From Bacilli bacterium (GTDB lineage Bacteria > Bacillota_I > Bacilli_A > RF39 > UBA660), in assembly GCA_017934595.1 (NCBI GenBank), contig JAGBJG010000002.1, forward strand, positions 68,877 to 132,876: 64,000 nucleotides of DNA. The letters run 5' to 3'. Position numbers and translations under genes: made by a program. Numbering within the stretch: position 1 is the stretch's first letter; each line of letters starts with the position of its first letter. The notes beneath the pieces were generated by a model. The model saw only the letters and a list, made by a program, of their open reading frames with translations, made no database searches and had not been told where the DNA came from. Shown here piece by piece: positions 56,948 through 64,000 of this stretch.

Positions 56948-57820
56948 ATGAAAAATATCATTAAATATTATTACGGATTAGATGCAGAAAATATCATTGA
57001 AAAAGATGGTGATTATAAATTAATAATTAACTCTAATAATTACCTATTATGTAAATGTATTAAAGATGAACTACTAAATATAATCAACTATATTCCAAAT
57101 AATTATAAATTTCATACAATAATAAAAACTATTAATAATGATATTTGTATTGTGATTAATAATATCCAATATGTATTATTAAAACTAAATACTTCCTATA
57201 AAAAGATAGATATAAAAGATATAGAAGATTTTAATTATCCGATATATCAGAAGAATGATAGTATTAATAGGTGGATAAGCTTATGGAGTAATCATATTGA
57301 CTATATAGAATATCAAATACATGAGTTATCAAATAAATATCCTACATTATTTAAATATGTATATTATTATATAGGTTTAACGGAAACAGCTATAGAATTA
57401 CTAAAAACTTTTAATAATAATACATGTGAATATATTGAGCATAAAAGAATTAATAGTAATATGACAATGGTTGATTTATATAATCCAGTTAATTTAATAC
57501 TAGATTCAAGAGTTCGAGATATAGCAGAATATTATAAAAGTGTTATTTTTAGTACTGATAATGATACATTAAATGAAATGTTAGAATCAATAAAATATTA
57601 TAGTGAAAGTGAAACTATATTATTTTTTACAAGAATGTTATATCCAACGTATTTTTTTGATGCATATGATCAAATTATAGGGTTTGGTAAAGATGAGGAT
57701 ATTATTTATAATATAATAGATAAAAGTGAGAAATATGAATTGATATTAAAAGAATTATATAAAGCCATAAAAAAAGCTACTCATATAGAGAATATTGAGT
57801 GGCTTAATCAGTTACATTAA
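56948..57820 (+). CDS. CotS/YutH-like spore coat protein (kinase-fold family)
   Basis: N-terminal YYGL and RWISLWSNHIDYIEYQ...YYYIGLTETAIELL resemble YutH (from memory, moderate). Confidence 0.45.
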   Translation: MKNIIKYYYGLDAENIIEKDGDYKLIINSNNYLLCKCIKDELLNIINYIPNNYKFHTIIKTINNDICIVINNIQYVLLKLNTSYKKIDIKDIEDFNYPIYQKNDSINRWISLWSNHIDYIEYQIHELSNKYPTLFKYVYYYIGLTETAIELLKTFNNNTCEYIEHKRINSNMTMVDLYNPVNLILDSRVRDIAEYYKSVIFSTDNDTLNEMLESIKYYSESETILFFTRMLYPTYFFDAYDQIIGFGKDEDIIYNIIDKSEKYELILKELYKAIKKATHIENIEWLNQLH

Positions 57821-58043
57821 CAACTTCTTTTACTTCAGGTACTTCTTCCATAATAGTGCTTTCAATGCCGTCTTTTAATGTTAAATCTATCATACTGCAA
57901 TTAGCACATGCACCAGTTAATCTTATATATACAATATTATTTTCATATTTAACAAATTCTAAATCTCCACCTTCGCCTATTAAAAATGGTCTTATAGAAT
58001 CAATTATTTCAATAATTTTATTTTCTTGTCTTTTTTTATCCAT
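57804..58043 (-). CDS. NifU C-terminal-domain (Nfu-type) Fe-S assembly protein
   Basis: IRPFLIGEGGDLEFVKYENNIVYIRLTGACANCSMIDLTLKDGIE with the CxxC motif. Confidence 0.85.
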   Translation of the reverse strand: MDKKRQENKIIEIIDSIRPFLIGEGGDLEFVKYENNIVYIRLTGACANCSMIDLTLKDGIESTIMEEVPEVKEVVNVTD

Positions 58044-58155
58044 TATGCATCACCAATAATTATTATATAGAATTTTTTTAAAATTACAATATAAAAATGT
58101 TGATTGATAAAATATTTTAGTTGTGTTATAATTTTACCAGTTGAAGAGGTGCCAT

Positions 58156-58509
58156 ATGGATTATAAAAAAGGTGATATAATTGTTGGAAAAGTAACAGGA
58201 ATAGCTAAATATGGTATATTTATGTCATTTGATAATGGTTATGTTGGGATGACTCATATTTCAGAAATTTCATATGACTATGTTAAAGATATACATGAAT
58301 ATATTACTGTAGGTGATGAAATCGAAGTTCGTATCTTAGACGTTGATAAAGATATGAAAAGATTACAATTAACTATGAAAGATGTTAGTGATATAAAGGT
58401 ACATAAAAGAAGAGTGAAAATAGTTGAAACACCCAATGGTTTTACCACATTAAAAAAGAATTTACCTGTTTGGATTGACAAGAAAATGCAAAACATAAAA
58501 AACATTTAA
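58156..58509 (+). CDS. S1 RNA-binding domain protein (YabR/GSP13-like)
   Basis: GDIIVGKVTGIAKYGIFMSF...GMTHISEIS is an S1 OB fold. ATG 58156 follows the RBS GAAGAGGTG. Confidence 0.8.
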   Translation: MDYKKGDIIVGKVTGIAKYGIFMSFDNGYVGMTHISEISYDYVKDIHEYITVGDEIEVRILDVDKDMKRLQLTMKDVSDIKVHKRRVKIVETPNGFTTLKKNLPVWIDKKMQNIKNI

Positions 58510-58517
58510 TATTTTTA

Positions 58518-58546
58518 TTGACAAACGATAATAAAAATGTTATAGT
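58518..58546 (+). promoter_or_regulatory. promoter of tRNA unit 1
   Basis: TTGACA, a 17-nt spacer, then TG-extended TATAGT. Confidence 0.55.
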
Positions 58547-58565
58547 TATACATGTCTAGTGACAT

Positions 58566-58642
58566 GGGAGATTAGCTCAGTTGGTTAGAGCACCTGCCTT
58601 ACAAGCAGGGGGTCACAGGTTCGAGTCCTATATCTCCCACCA
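58566..58642 (+). tRNA. tRNA-Val(TAC)
   Basis: Hand-folded cloverleaf with anticodon loop CTTACAA. CCA is encoded. Confidence 0.9.
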
Positions 58643-58643
58643 T

Positions 58644-58719
<76 letters not shown>

Positions 58720-58727
58720 TTTTTTTT

Positions 58728-58811
58728 GGAAAGGTAGCGAAGAGGCTAAACGCGGCAGACTGTAAATCTGTTCCTTCGGGTTCAGTGGTTCGAATCCACT
58801 CCTTTCCACCA
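58728..58811 (+). tRNA. tRNA-Tyr(GTA)
   Basis: Class II tRNA with a long variable arm and loop CTGTAAA. CCA is encoded. Confidence 0.9.
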
Positions 58812-58831
58812 CTTTTTATTACAAGGCATAT

Positions 58832-58906
58832 TGCCTCGTAGCCAAGCGGTAAGGCACCACACTTTGACTGTGGCATGCGCTAGTTCGAATCTAGCCGAGG
58901 CAGCCA
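58832..58906 (+). tRNA. tRNA-Gln(TTG)
   Basis: U1-A72 acceptor TGCCTCG/CGAGGCA and loop CTTTGAC. CCA is encoded. Confidence 0.9.
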
Positions 58907-58916
58907 TTTATATTAT

Positions 58917-58992
58917 GATCCGTTAGCTCAGTCGGTAGAGCATTTGACTTTTAATCAAAGGGTCATGCGTTCAAGTCGCATACGGGTCACCA
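58917..58992 (+). tRNA. tRNA-Lys(TTT)
   Basis: Anticodon stem TTTGA/TCAAA and loop CTTTTAA. CCA is encoded. Confidence 0.9.
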
Positions 58993-59004
58993 CTTAGAAT
59001 TTAG

Positions 59005-59026
59005 AAGCACAAATGTGCTTTTTTTC
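59005..59026 (+). terminator. terminator after tRNA unit 1
   Basis: AAGCAC-AAAT-GTGCTT followed by T7. Confidence 0.6.
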
Positions 59027-59054
59027 ATTTTTTATAAAAAAAAGTAAAAAATAC

Positions 59055-59083
59055 TTGCAAAATGAATAAATATATAATATAAT
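59055..59083 (+). promoter_or_regulatory. promoter of tRNA unit 2
   Basis: TTGCAA, a 17-nt spacer, then TATAAT. Confidence 0.55.
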
Positions 59084-59114
59084 TAAGTAGTCTTATGACT
59101 TATAAGACGAATGT

Positions 59115-59203
59115 GCCTGAGTGGCGAAATTGGTAGACGCACAGGACTTAAAATCCTGCGGGAGTCAAATCCCATGCCGGTTCAAGTCCGGCCTTAGGCA
59201 CCA
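59115..59203 (+). tRNA. tRNA-Leu(TAA)
   Basis: Class II tRNA with loop CTTAAAA. CCA is encoded. Confidence 0.9.
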
Positions 59204-59211
59204 TTTATTTT

Positions 59212-59302
59212 GGAGAAATACCCAAGTCTGGTTGAAGGGACCGGTCTTGAAAACCGGGAGGTCGGCGACGACGCGGGGGTTCGAATCCCTCTTTCTCCGC
59301 CA
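59212..59302 (+). tRNA. tRNA-Ser(TGA)
   Basis: Class II tRNA with loop CTTGAAA. CCA is encoded. Confidence 0.9.
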
Positions 59303-59319
59303 TCTTATTATATTTACAT

Positions 59320-59396
<77 letters not shown>

Positions 59397-59399
59397 TGT

Positions 59400-59476
59400 G
59401 GTTCGTTAGTCTAGAGGCCTATGACGTCTGCCTGTCACGCAGAAGATCACGGGTTCGAATCCCGTACGAACCGCCA
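59400..59476 (+). tRNA. tRNA-Asp(GTC)
   Basis: Loop CTGTCAC. CCA is encoded. Confidence 0.9.
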
Positions 59477-59481
59477 TTTAT

Positions 59482-59557
59482 GGCTCTGTAGCTCAGTTGG
59501 TAGAGCAAGGGACTGAAAATCCCTGTGTCGATGGTTCGATTCCATTCGGAGCCACCA
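59482..59557 (+). tRNA. tRNA-Phe(GAA)
   Basis: Loop CTGAAAA. CCA is encoded. Confidence 0.9.
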
Positions 59558-59582
59558 TTTAATTGAATATAATTTAGGACGC

Positions 59583-59659
59583 GCACCCTTAGCTCAATTG
59601 GATAGAGCGTTAGACTACGGATCTAAAGGCTAGGGGTTCGACTCCCTTAGGGTGCACCA
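59583..59659 (+). tRNA. tRNA-Arg(ACG)
   Basis: Loop CTACGGA. CCA is encoded. Confidence 0.9.
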
Positions 59660-59662
59660 TAT

Positions 59663-59739
59663 CGGAGAATGGCTCAGCTTGGTAGAGCACTACGCTTGGG
59701 ACGTAGGGGTCGCAGGTTCGAATCCTGTTTCTCCGACCA
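59663..59739 (+). tRNA. tRNA-Pro(TGG)
   Basis: Loop CTTGGGA. CCA is encoded. A hairpin terminator follows at about 59751-59778. Confidence 0.9.
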
Positions 59740-59837
59740 TTCGGAGTTCAAACATCATTTATATGATGTTTTTTATTTTAAATTTTATAAAAATAGAAGA
59801 CAAATATGTAATAAAGTGAGATAATATCAGTAATTGG

Positions 59838-60098
59838 GTGATGAAAATGGATTATTCAAAAATAGAAGAATTAAATGTAGTTAAAAGAGATATGCATAAG
59901 AATTATAATGGCATATATTTAACTGATGCAGAATATAATACATTGAAAAATAATGGCTTTGATGCATCTAAATATAGTTCTATTAAAGCATTAATGTTTG
60001 ATTTAGAAGAAGCTATAGAAGATAGTGAAAACGAAGAATTAGAAATGATTTTAGATAGTATAGCTGAATTTAATTATTACCATAATACTAATAAGTAG
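59838..60098 (+). CDS. hypothetical small acidic protein
   Basis: 86-aa ORF followed by the hairpin AGTAGTC-TTTTTT-GACTACT. No family recognised, and the start is uncertain (59838, 59841 or 59847). Confidence 0.4.
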   Translation: MMKMDYSKIEELNVVKRDMHKNYNGIYLTDAEYNTLKNNGFDASKYSSIKALMFDLEEAIEDSENEELEMILDSIAEFNYYHNTNK

Positions 60099-60119
60099 TC
60101 TTTTTTGACTACTTTTATA

Positions 60120-60157
60120 TTGACAAGTTAAAATAAATTGTGTACAATTGAATTGTA
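60120..60157 (+). promoter_or_regulatory. promoter with an OhrR-type operator overlapping the -10
   Basis: TTGACA (60120-60125), a 17-nt spacer, then TACAAT. The 7-1-7 palindrome TACAATT-G-AATTGTA lies at 60143-60157. Confidence 0.6.
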
Positions 60158-60180
60158 ATCAATTAAAAAGGAGGAACATT

Positions 60181-60720
60181 ATGAGTATTTATGAGTATAC
60201 TGTTAAGAATAGAAAAGATGAGGATGTTAAGATAAGCGAATATAAAGGAAAGGTATTATTGATAGTTAATACTGCAACAGGATGTGGTTTTACACCGCAA
60301 TATGAGGCTTTAGAAAATTTATATAAAAAATATAATAAGGATGGATTAGAAATATTAGATTTCCCTTGTGATCAATTTGGTCATCAAGCTCCTGGTACGG
60401 ATGATGAAATACATGAATTCTGTACTGCAAAGTATCAAACAACATTTGATCAATTCAAAAAGATTGATGTTAATGGTGAAAATGCAGATCCATTTATTCA
60501 ATATATAAAAGATAATTCTAAAGAAGAAATAATTAAAGGTATAAAAAATAAGATGGTGATGAAGGGTATCTCTAAAATTAGTACTACATGTAAAAATGAT
60601 AAAGATATTGTTTGGAATTTTACTAAATTTTTAGTAGATAGAAATGGTAATGTCGTTGCGAGATATTCTCCAATTGAATCACCTATGATTATGGAAGATA
60701 AGATTAAAGAGTTAATATAG
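60181..60720 (+). CDS. glutathione peroxidase-family thiol peroxidase
   Basis: VNTATGCGFTPQY active-site region and WNFTKFLVDRNG. ATG 60181 follows the RBS AAAGGAGG. Confidence 0.9.
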   Translation: MSIYEYTVKNRKDEDVKISEYKGKVLLIVNTATGCGFTPQYEALENLYKKYNKDGLEILDFPCDQFGHQAPGTDDEIHEFCTAKYQTTFDQFKKIDVNGENADPFIQYIKDNSKEEIIKGIKNKMVMKGISKISTTCKNDKDIVWNFTKFLVDRNGNVVARYSPIESPMIMEDKIKELI

Positions 60721-60728
60721 GAGGTTTT

Positions 60729-61610
60729 ATGTACGATATAATAATAGTTGGTGCAGGTCCAGCAGGAATGACAGCTGCTATATATGCATTAAGAGCTAAT
60801 AAGAAAGTTTTAATATTTGAGGCTAAAAGTTATGGTGGCCAAATAGTAAATGCGAATAAAGTAGAGAATCATCCTGGGTTTGAAAGTATTTCAGGTTTTG
60901 ATTTAGCTACTAATATGTATAACCAAGTTAAGAACTTAGGTGGAGAATTTAAATTTGAATCTGTTAAATATATTGATGATAATAATAAAGTTATAACAAG
61001 CAATGGAGAATATGAGGCAAAAGCTATTATTTTAGCTATAGGTGCAGAAAACAGAAAATTAAATGTTGATGGCGAGGCTAATTTAATAGGAAAAGGTGTT
61101 TCTTATTGTGCTACTTGTGATGGTAACTTCTATAAAGGTAAAGTTGTAGCTGTTGTAGGTGGTGGCAACACCGCTTTAGAAGATGCAATATATTTATCTG
61201 GTATAGCAAATAAAGTATATGTTATTCATAGAAATGATACTTTCAGAGCTGAAGAAAGTTATCAAAATGAATTAAAAGAAAAAAATAATATTGAATGTAT
61301 TATGAATGCTAATGTTACTAAAATAAATGGTACAGATAGAATAGAAAGCATTGATTTATATAATGGTAAAAACATTACTATAGATGGTTTATTTATCGCT
61401 GTAGGTCAAGTTCCTAATAATGCTGTATTTAGTAATGTAGTATCTTTAAATGACAAAGGATATATAGTATCTGATGATGGTGTTCATACTAATAGAGAAC
61501 ATGTATACGTAGCTGGAGATGCTAGAGAAAAAAATTTAAGACAATTAGTAACAGCAGAAAGTGATGGAGCTATAGCTGCTACTATTGCTATTAAGGAAAT
61601 GGAGAGATAA
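60729..61610 (+). CDS. trxB: thioredoxin-disulfide reductase
   Basis: GAGPAGMTAA FAD motif, the redox CATCDG and a GGGNTALE NADPH motif. Confidence 0.92.
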   Translation: MYDIIIVGAGPAGMTAAIYALRANKKVLIFEAKSYGGQIVNANKVENHPGFESISGFDLATNMYNQVKNLGGEFKFESVKYIDDNNKVITSNGEYEAKAIILAIGAENRKLNVDGEANLIGKGVSYCATCDGNFYKGKVVAVVGGGNTALEDAIYLSGIANKVYVIHRNDTFRAEESYQNELKEKNNIECIMNANVTKINGTDRIESIDLYNGKNITIDGLFIAVGQVPNNAVFSNVVSLNDKGYIVSDDGVHTNREHVYVAGDAREKNLRQLVTAESDGAIAATIAIKEMER

Positions 61611-61612
61611 TT

Positions 61613-61915
61613 ATGGTAGAAGAAATTAAAGAAGTAGAATTTGAAGAAAAAATAAAAGAAGGAAAAGTATTGGTTGATTGTTATGCACCATGGTGTGGAC
61701 CTTGTAGAATGTTATCACCAATTATTGACGAAATTGCTTCTGAAGTAAATACATATAAATTTTATAAATTGAATGTTGACGAAGCTGAAGAAGTATCTGT
61801 AAAGTATGGCATTATGTCTATACCTACAATATTGATATTTGAAAATGGTAATTTAGTTAATACATTAGTAGGATTTAAAAGTAAAGAGGAATTAAAAACA
61901 ATTCTAGGTGAATAA
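61613..61915 (+). CDS. trxA: thioredoxin
   Basis: WCGPC active site, 100 aa. Confidence 0.95.
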   Translation: MVEEIKEVEFEEKIKEGKVLVDCYAPWCGPCRMLSPIIDEIASEVNTYKFYKLNVDEAEEVSVKYGIMSIPTILIFENGNLVNTLVGFKSKEELKTILGE

Positions 61916-62345
61916 AGTGGAAAAAGATTGCTTGAAATTAGAAAATCAATTATGTTTTCCTTTATATGCTGCATCTAGAAATGTTATAAAAAAATATAAA
62001 CCATTTTTAGATGAATTAGATTTAACTTATACACAATATATTACGATGATGGTTTTGTGGGATTTAAAAGAAATTAATGTAAAAGAATTAGGTAATAAAT
62101 TATATTTAGACTCAGGTACACTTACACCCCTTTTAAAAACTTTAGAGTCTAAAGGATATGTTTCTAGAGTAAGATCTAGTAGTGATGAAAGAAATTTACT
62201 TATATGTTTAACTGCTGAAGGTGGAAAATTAAAAGATAAGGCAGCTTCAATACCTACTAAAGTCTCAAAATGCATTAATTTAAATCCTGATGAAGCATTA
62301 TCACTATATAAAATTTTATACAAAATATTAGAAGGTGGTGAATAG
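61908..62345 (+). CDS. ohrR: MarR-family organic hydroperoxide sensor OhrR
   Basis: LKLENQLCFPLYAASRNVIKKYKPFLDELDLTYTQY and LYLDSGTLTPLLKTLE closely parallel B. subtilis OhrR (KLENQLCFLLYASSREMTKQYKPLL..., LYLDSGTLTPMLKRME). The start may be GTG 61917. Confidence 0.88.
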   Translation: MNKVEKDCLKLENQLCFPLYAASRNVIKKYKPFLDELDLTYTQYITMMVLWDLKEINVKELGNKLYLDSGTLTPLLKTLESKGYVSRVRSSSDERNLLICLTAEGGKLKDKAASIPTKVSKCINLNPDEALSLYKILYKILEGGE

Positions 62346-62346
62346 G

Positions 62347-63105
62347 ATGTTTGATTTAAAAGGAAGAGTCGCTGTTATAACAGGTGCTTCAAGTGGACTA
62401 GGTAGACAAATGGCTAAGGCTTTTGCAGCACAAGGATCAGATATTGCTATATTAGCTAGAAGATTAGATAGATTAGAAGAATTAAAAGAAGAATTATCTT
62501 CTTATGGTGTTAAAGTATTTCCAGTACAATGTGATGTAACTGATACTGAAAATATTAATAATGCTGCTTCATTAGTTGAAAAAGAATTAGGTAAAGTTGA
62601 TATTTTAGTTAACTGTGCCGGTGCATCTAAAGATAAAGGTGTATTAGAAATGGAAGATGATGAATGGAATTTTACTATAGATACTGATTTAACTTCTGTT
62701 TTTAAAATGACTAGAGCATTTGCTAATATTATGAAGAAGAATAACTATGGAAGAATTATTAATATAGCTTCTATGTATGGATTAGTTGGTAATGATGAAA
62801 TACCTACTATAGCATATCACTCTTCAAAAGGTGGCGTAGTTAACTTTACTCGTGCAGCAGCTGCTGAACTTGCGAAATATAACATTACAGTTAATGCTAT
62901 ATGTCCAGGTTATTTTTATACTGAATTAACTACTAAAGTTTTAGATACTGATTATTTTAAAGAATTCGCAAATAACCATGTTCCTATGAAAAGATATGGT
63001 CGTGAAGGTGAATTAAATGCAGGTGCTATATTCTTGGCATCAGATGAAGCTAGTTATGTAACTGGTGTAATCTTACCGATAGATGGCGGATATACAGCTG
63101 TATAG
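62347..63105 (+). CDS. SDR-family oxidoreductase
   Basis: TGASSGLGRQ, NCAG and YHSSKGG motifs. ATG 62347 follows the RBS GAAGGTGGTGA. Confidence 0.85.
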   Translation: MFDLKGRVAVITGASSGLGRQMAKAFAAQGSDIAILARRLDRLEELKEELSSYGVKVFPVQCDVTDTENINNAASLVEKELGKVDILVNCAGASKDKGVLEMEDDEWNFTIDTDLTSVFKMTRAFANIMKKNNYGRIINIASMYGLVGNDEIPTIAYHSSKGGVVNFTRAAAAELAKYNITVNAICPGYFYTELTTKVLDTDYFKEFANNHVPMKRYGREGELNAGAIFLASDEASYVTGVILPIDGGYTAV

Positions 63106-63197
63106 ATAAATGCCAATTAAAATTAACATTTAGTAACCAAAAATACACTAAAAAAGTGTATTTTTTATGTTATAATATACCTAATAGGAGTGGTACT

Positions 63198-64000
63198 GTG
63201 GTAAATCTAATAATAAAAATATCAGGTAATAAAAAGCAATTTTCTGATTCTAAGAAATTTGCTAAAAAATTAGAAAAAGCAAAAAAACTAGGTGATACTC
63301 ATAATACATATAAATTTAAATCACCTGTAGATATTATTAAAGTAGATAATTATAATGTATATCATATCGGTAAAAATAAAAATAATAAAGCTATTATATA
63401 TTTACATGGTGGTGCTTATATAGCTCCTGGTGAATATTTCCACTCTAGGTTTGTCGAACAAATATCTAAAACAAGTAATGTAGATTTATATGACCTAGAT
63501 TACCCACTTATACCCAACCATACATATAAAGATGCTTATGATATATTAGAAAAATTATATAATAAATTAATAGATAAAGAAATAATTATTATGGGTGATT
63601 CAGCTGGTGGTGGCTTTGCTTTAGGATTTACTATGTATCTAAAAGAAAAGAAAAAGAAATTACCATCTAAACTAGTATTAATATCTCCTTGGGTAGATAT
63701 AACTATGAGTAATCCAGATATTCAAGCTTTTGAAAAAACAGATTTAATGACATCTACTTATGGATTAGTTGAATGTGGTAAATTATGGGCTGGTGAATTA
63801 GATAGAAAAGATTATAAACTAAGTCCAATATATGGTAATATGAAAGGCTTACCTGAAATATTGATGTTTACAGGTACTAATGAACTTTTATATCCAGATT
63901 TATTAAAACTTAATGTATTATTACTAATGAATAAGGCTAATTATAAACTTATACAAGGATTTAAGAAAGGACATATTTACCCTTTATATCCGAATAAAGA
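63198..64000 (+). CDS. alpha/beta hydrolase (HSL-like esterase/lipase), 3' end outside the window
   Basis: Hand translation from GTG 63198 (RBS TAGGAGTGG). Oxyanion HGGAY and nucleophile elbow GDSAGG are present. Open to the window end. Confidence 0.75.
   Translation, partial: MVNLIIKISGNKKQFSDSKKFAKKLEKAKKLGDTHNTYKFKSPVDIIKVDNYNVYHIGKNKNNKAIIYLHGGAYIAPGEYFHSRFVEQISKTSNVDLYDLDYPLIPNHTYKDAYDILEKLYNKLIDKEIIIMGDSAGGGFALGFTMYLKEKKKKLPSKLVLISPWVDITMSNPDIQAFEKTDLMTSTYGLVECGKLWAGELDRKDYKLSPIYGNMKGLPEILMFTGTNELLYPDLLKLNVLLLMNKANYKLIQGFKKGHIYPLYPNK

Overview
AT-rich Firmicutes-type chromosome covering the replication origin and about 60 kb to its right. No database search was possible. All calls come from reading the supplied translations and the DNA by eye.

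The core layout is a classic origin region:
- jag-yidC-rnpA-rpmH on the minus strand, then a DnaA-box cluster, dnaA, a second DnaA-box cluster and dnaN.
- A ComK-like gene, then recF-gyrB-gyrA, a minimal SRP RNA, tadA and dnaX-ybaB-recR.
- bofA-holB-ricT, a methyltransferase, pth-mfd, a CBS-pyrophosphatase (minus strand) and spoVT-tatD-rsmA-ung-tilS-ftsH.

Sporulation genes (bofA, spoVT, ricT, a cotY/Z-like gene) point to an endospore former. The tiny SRP RNA and compact AddAB look more Mollicutes- or Erysipelotrichia-like.

The middle of the window holds housekeeping genes: a PAP2 phosphatase, an SDR, a PLP enzyme, a small alarmone synthetase, RluA and addBA. It also holds an agr-type quorum-sensing locus. 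The response regulator and kinase converge on agrB plus a 37-aa agrD that is missing from the ORF track. csp, hpf and secA follow.

Downstream of secA the content turns accessory:
- A 2.9-kb segment bracketed by a perfect 28-bp duplication of the secA 3' end. It carries a protein with seven zinc ribbons and an embedded Vsr/DUF559-like nuclease core, a DUF1508 (YegP-like) mini-protein with a possible convergent anti-SD sRNA, and several short repeat families.
- A DUF1848 gene, three XRE regulators, and a four-gene operon of unknown function.
- A spore-coat cluster.
- 12 tRNA genes in two transcription units.
- A gpx-trxB-trxA-ohrR redox operon with an OhrR-type operator.

No rRNA, CRISPR array, integrase or transposase catalytic domain was recognised.

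The candidates I consider most worth follow-up are:
- the secA-3' insertion module;
- the six parS-like palindromes bracketing ffs-tadA;
- the hidden AgrD peptide.
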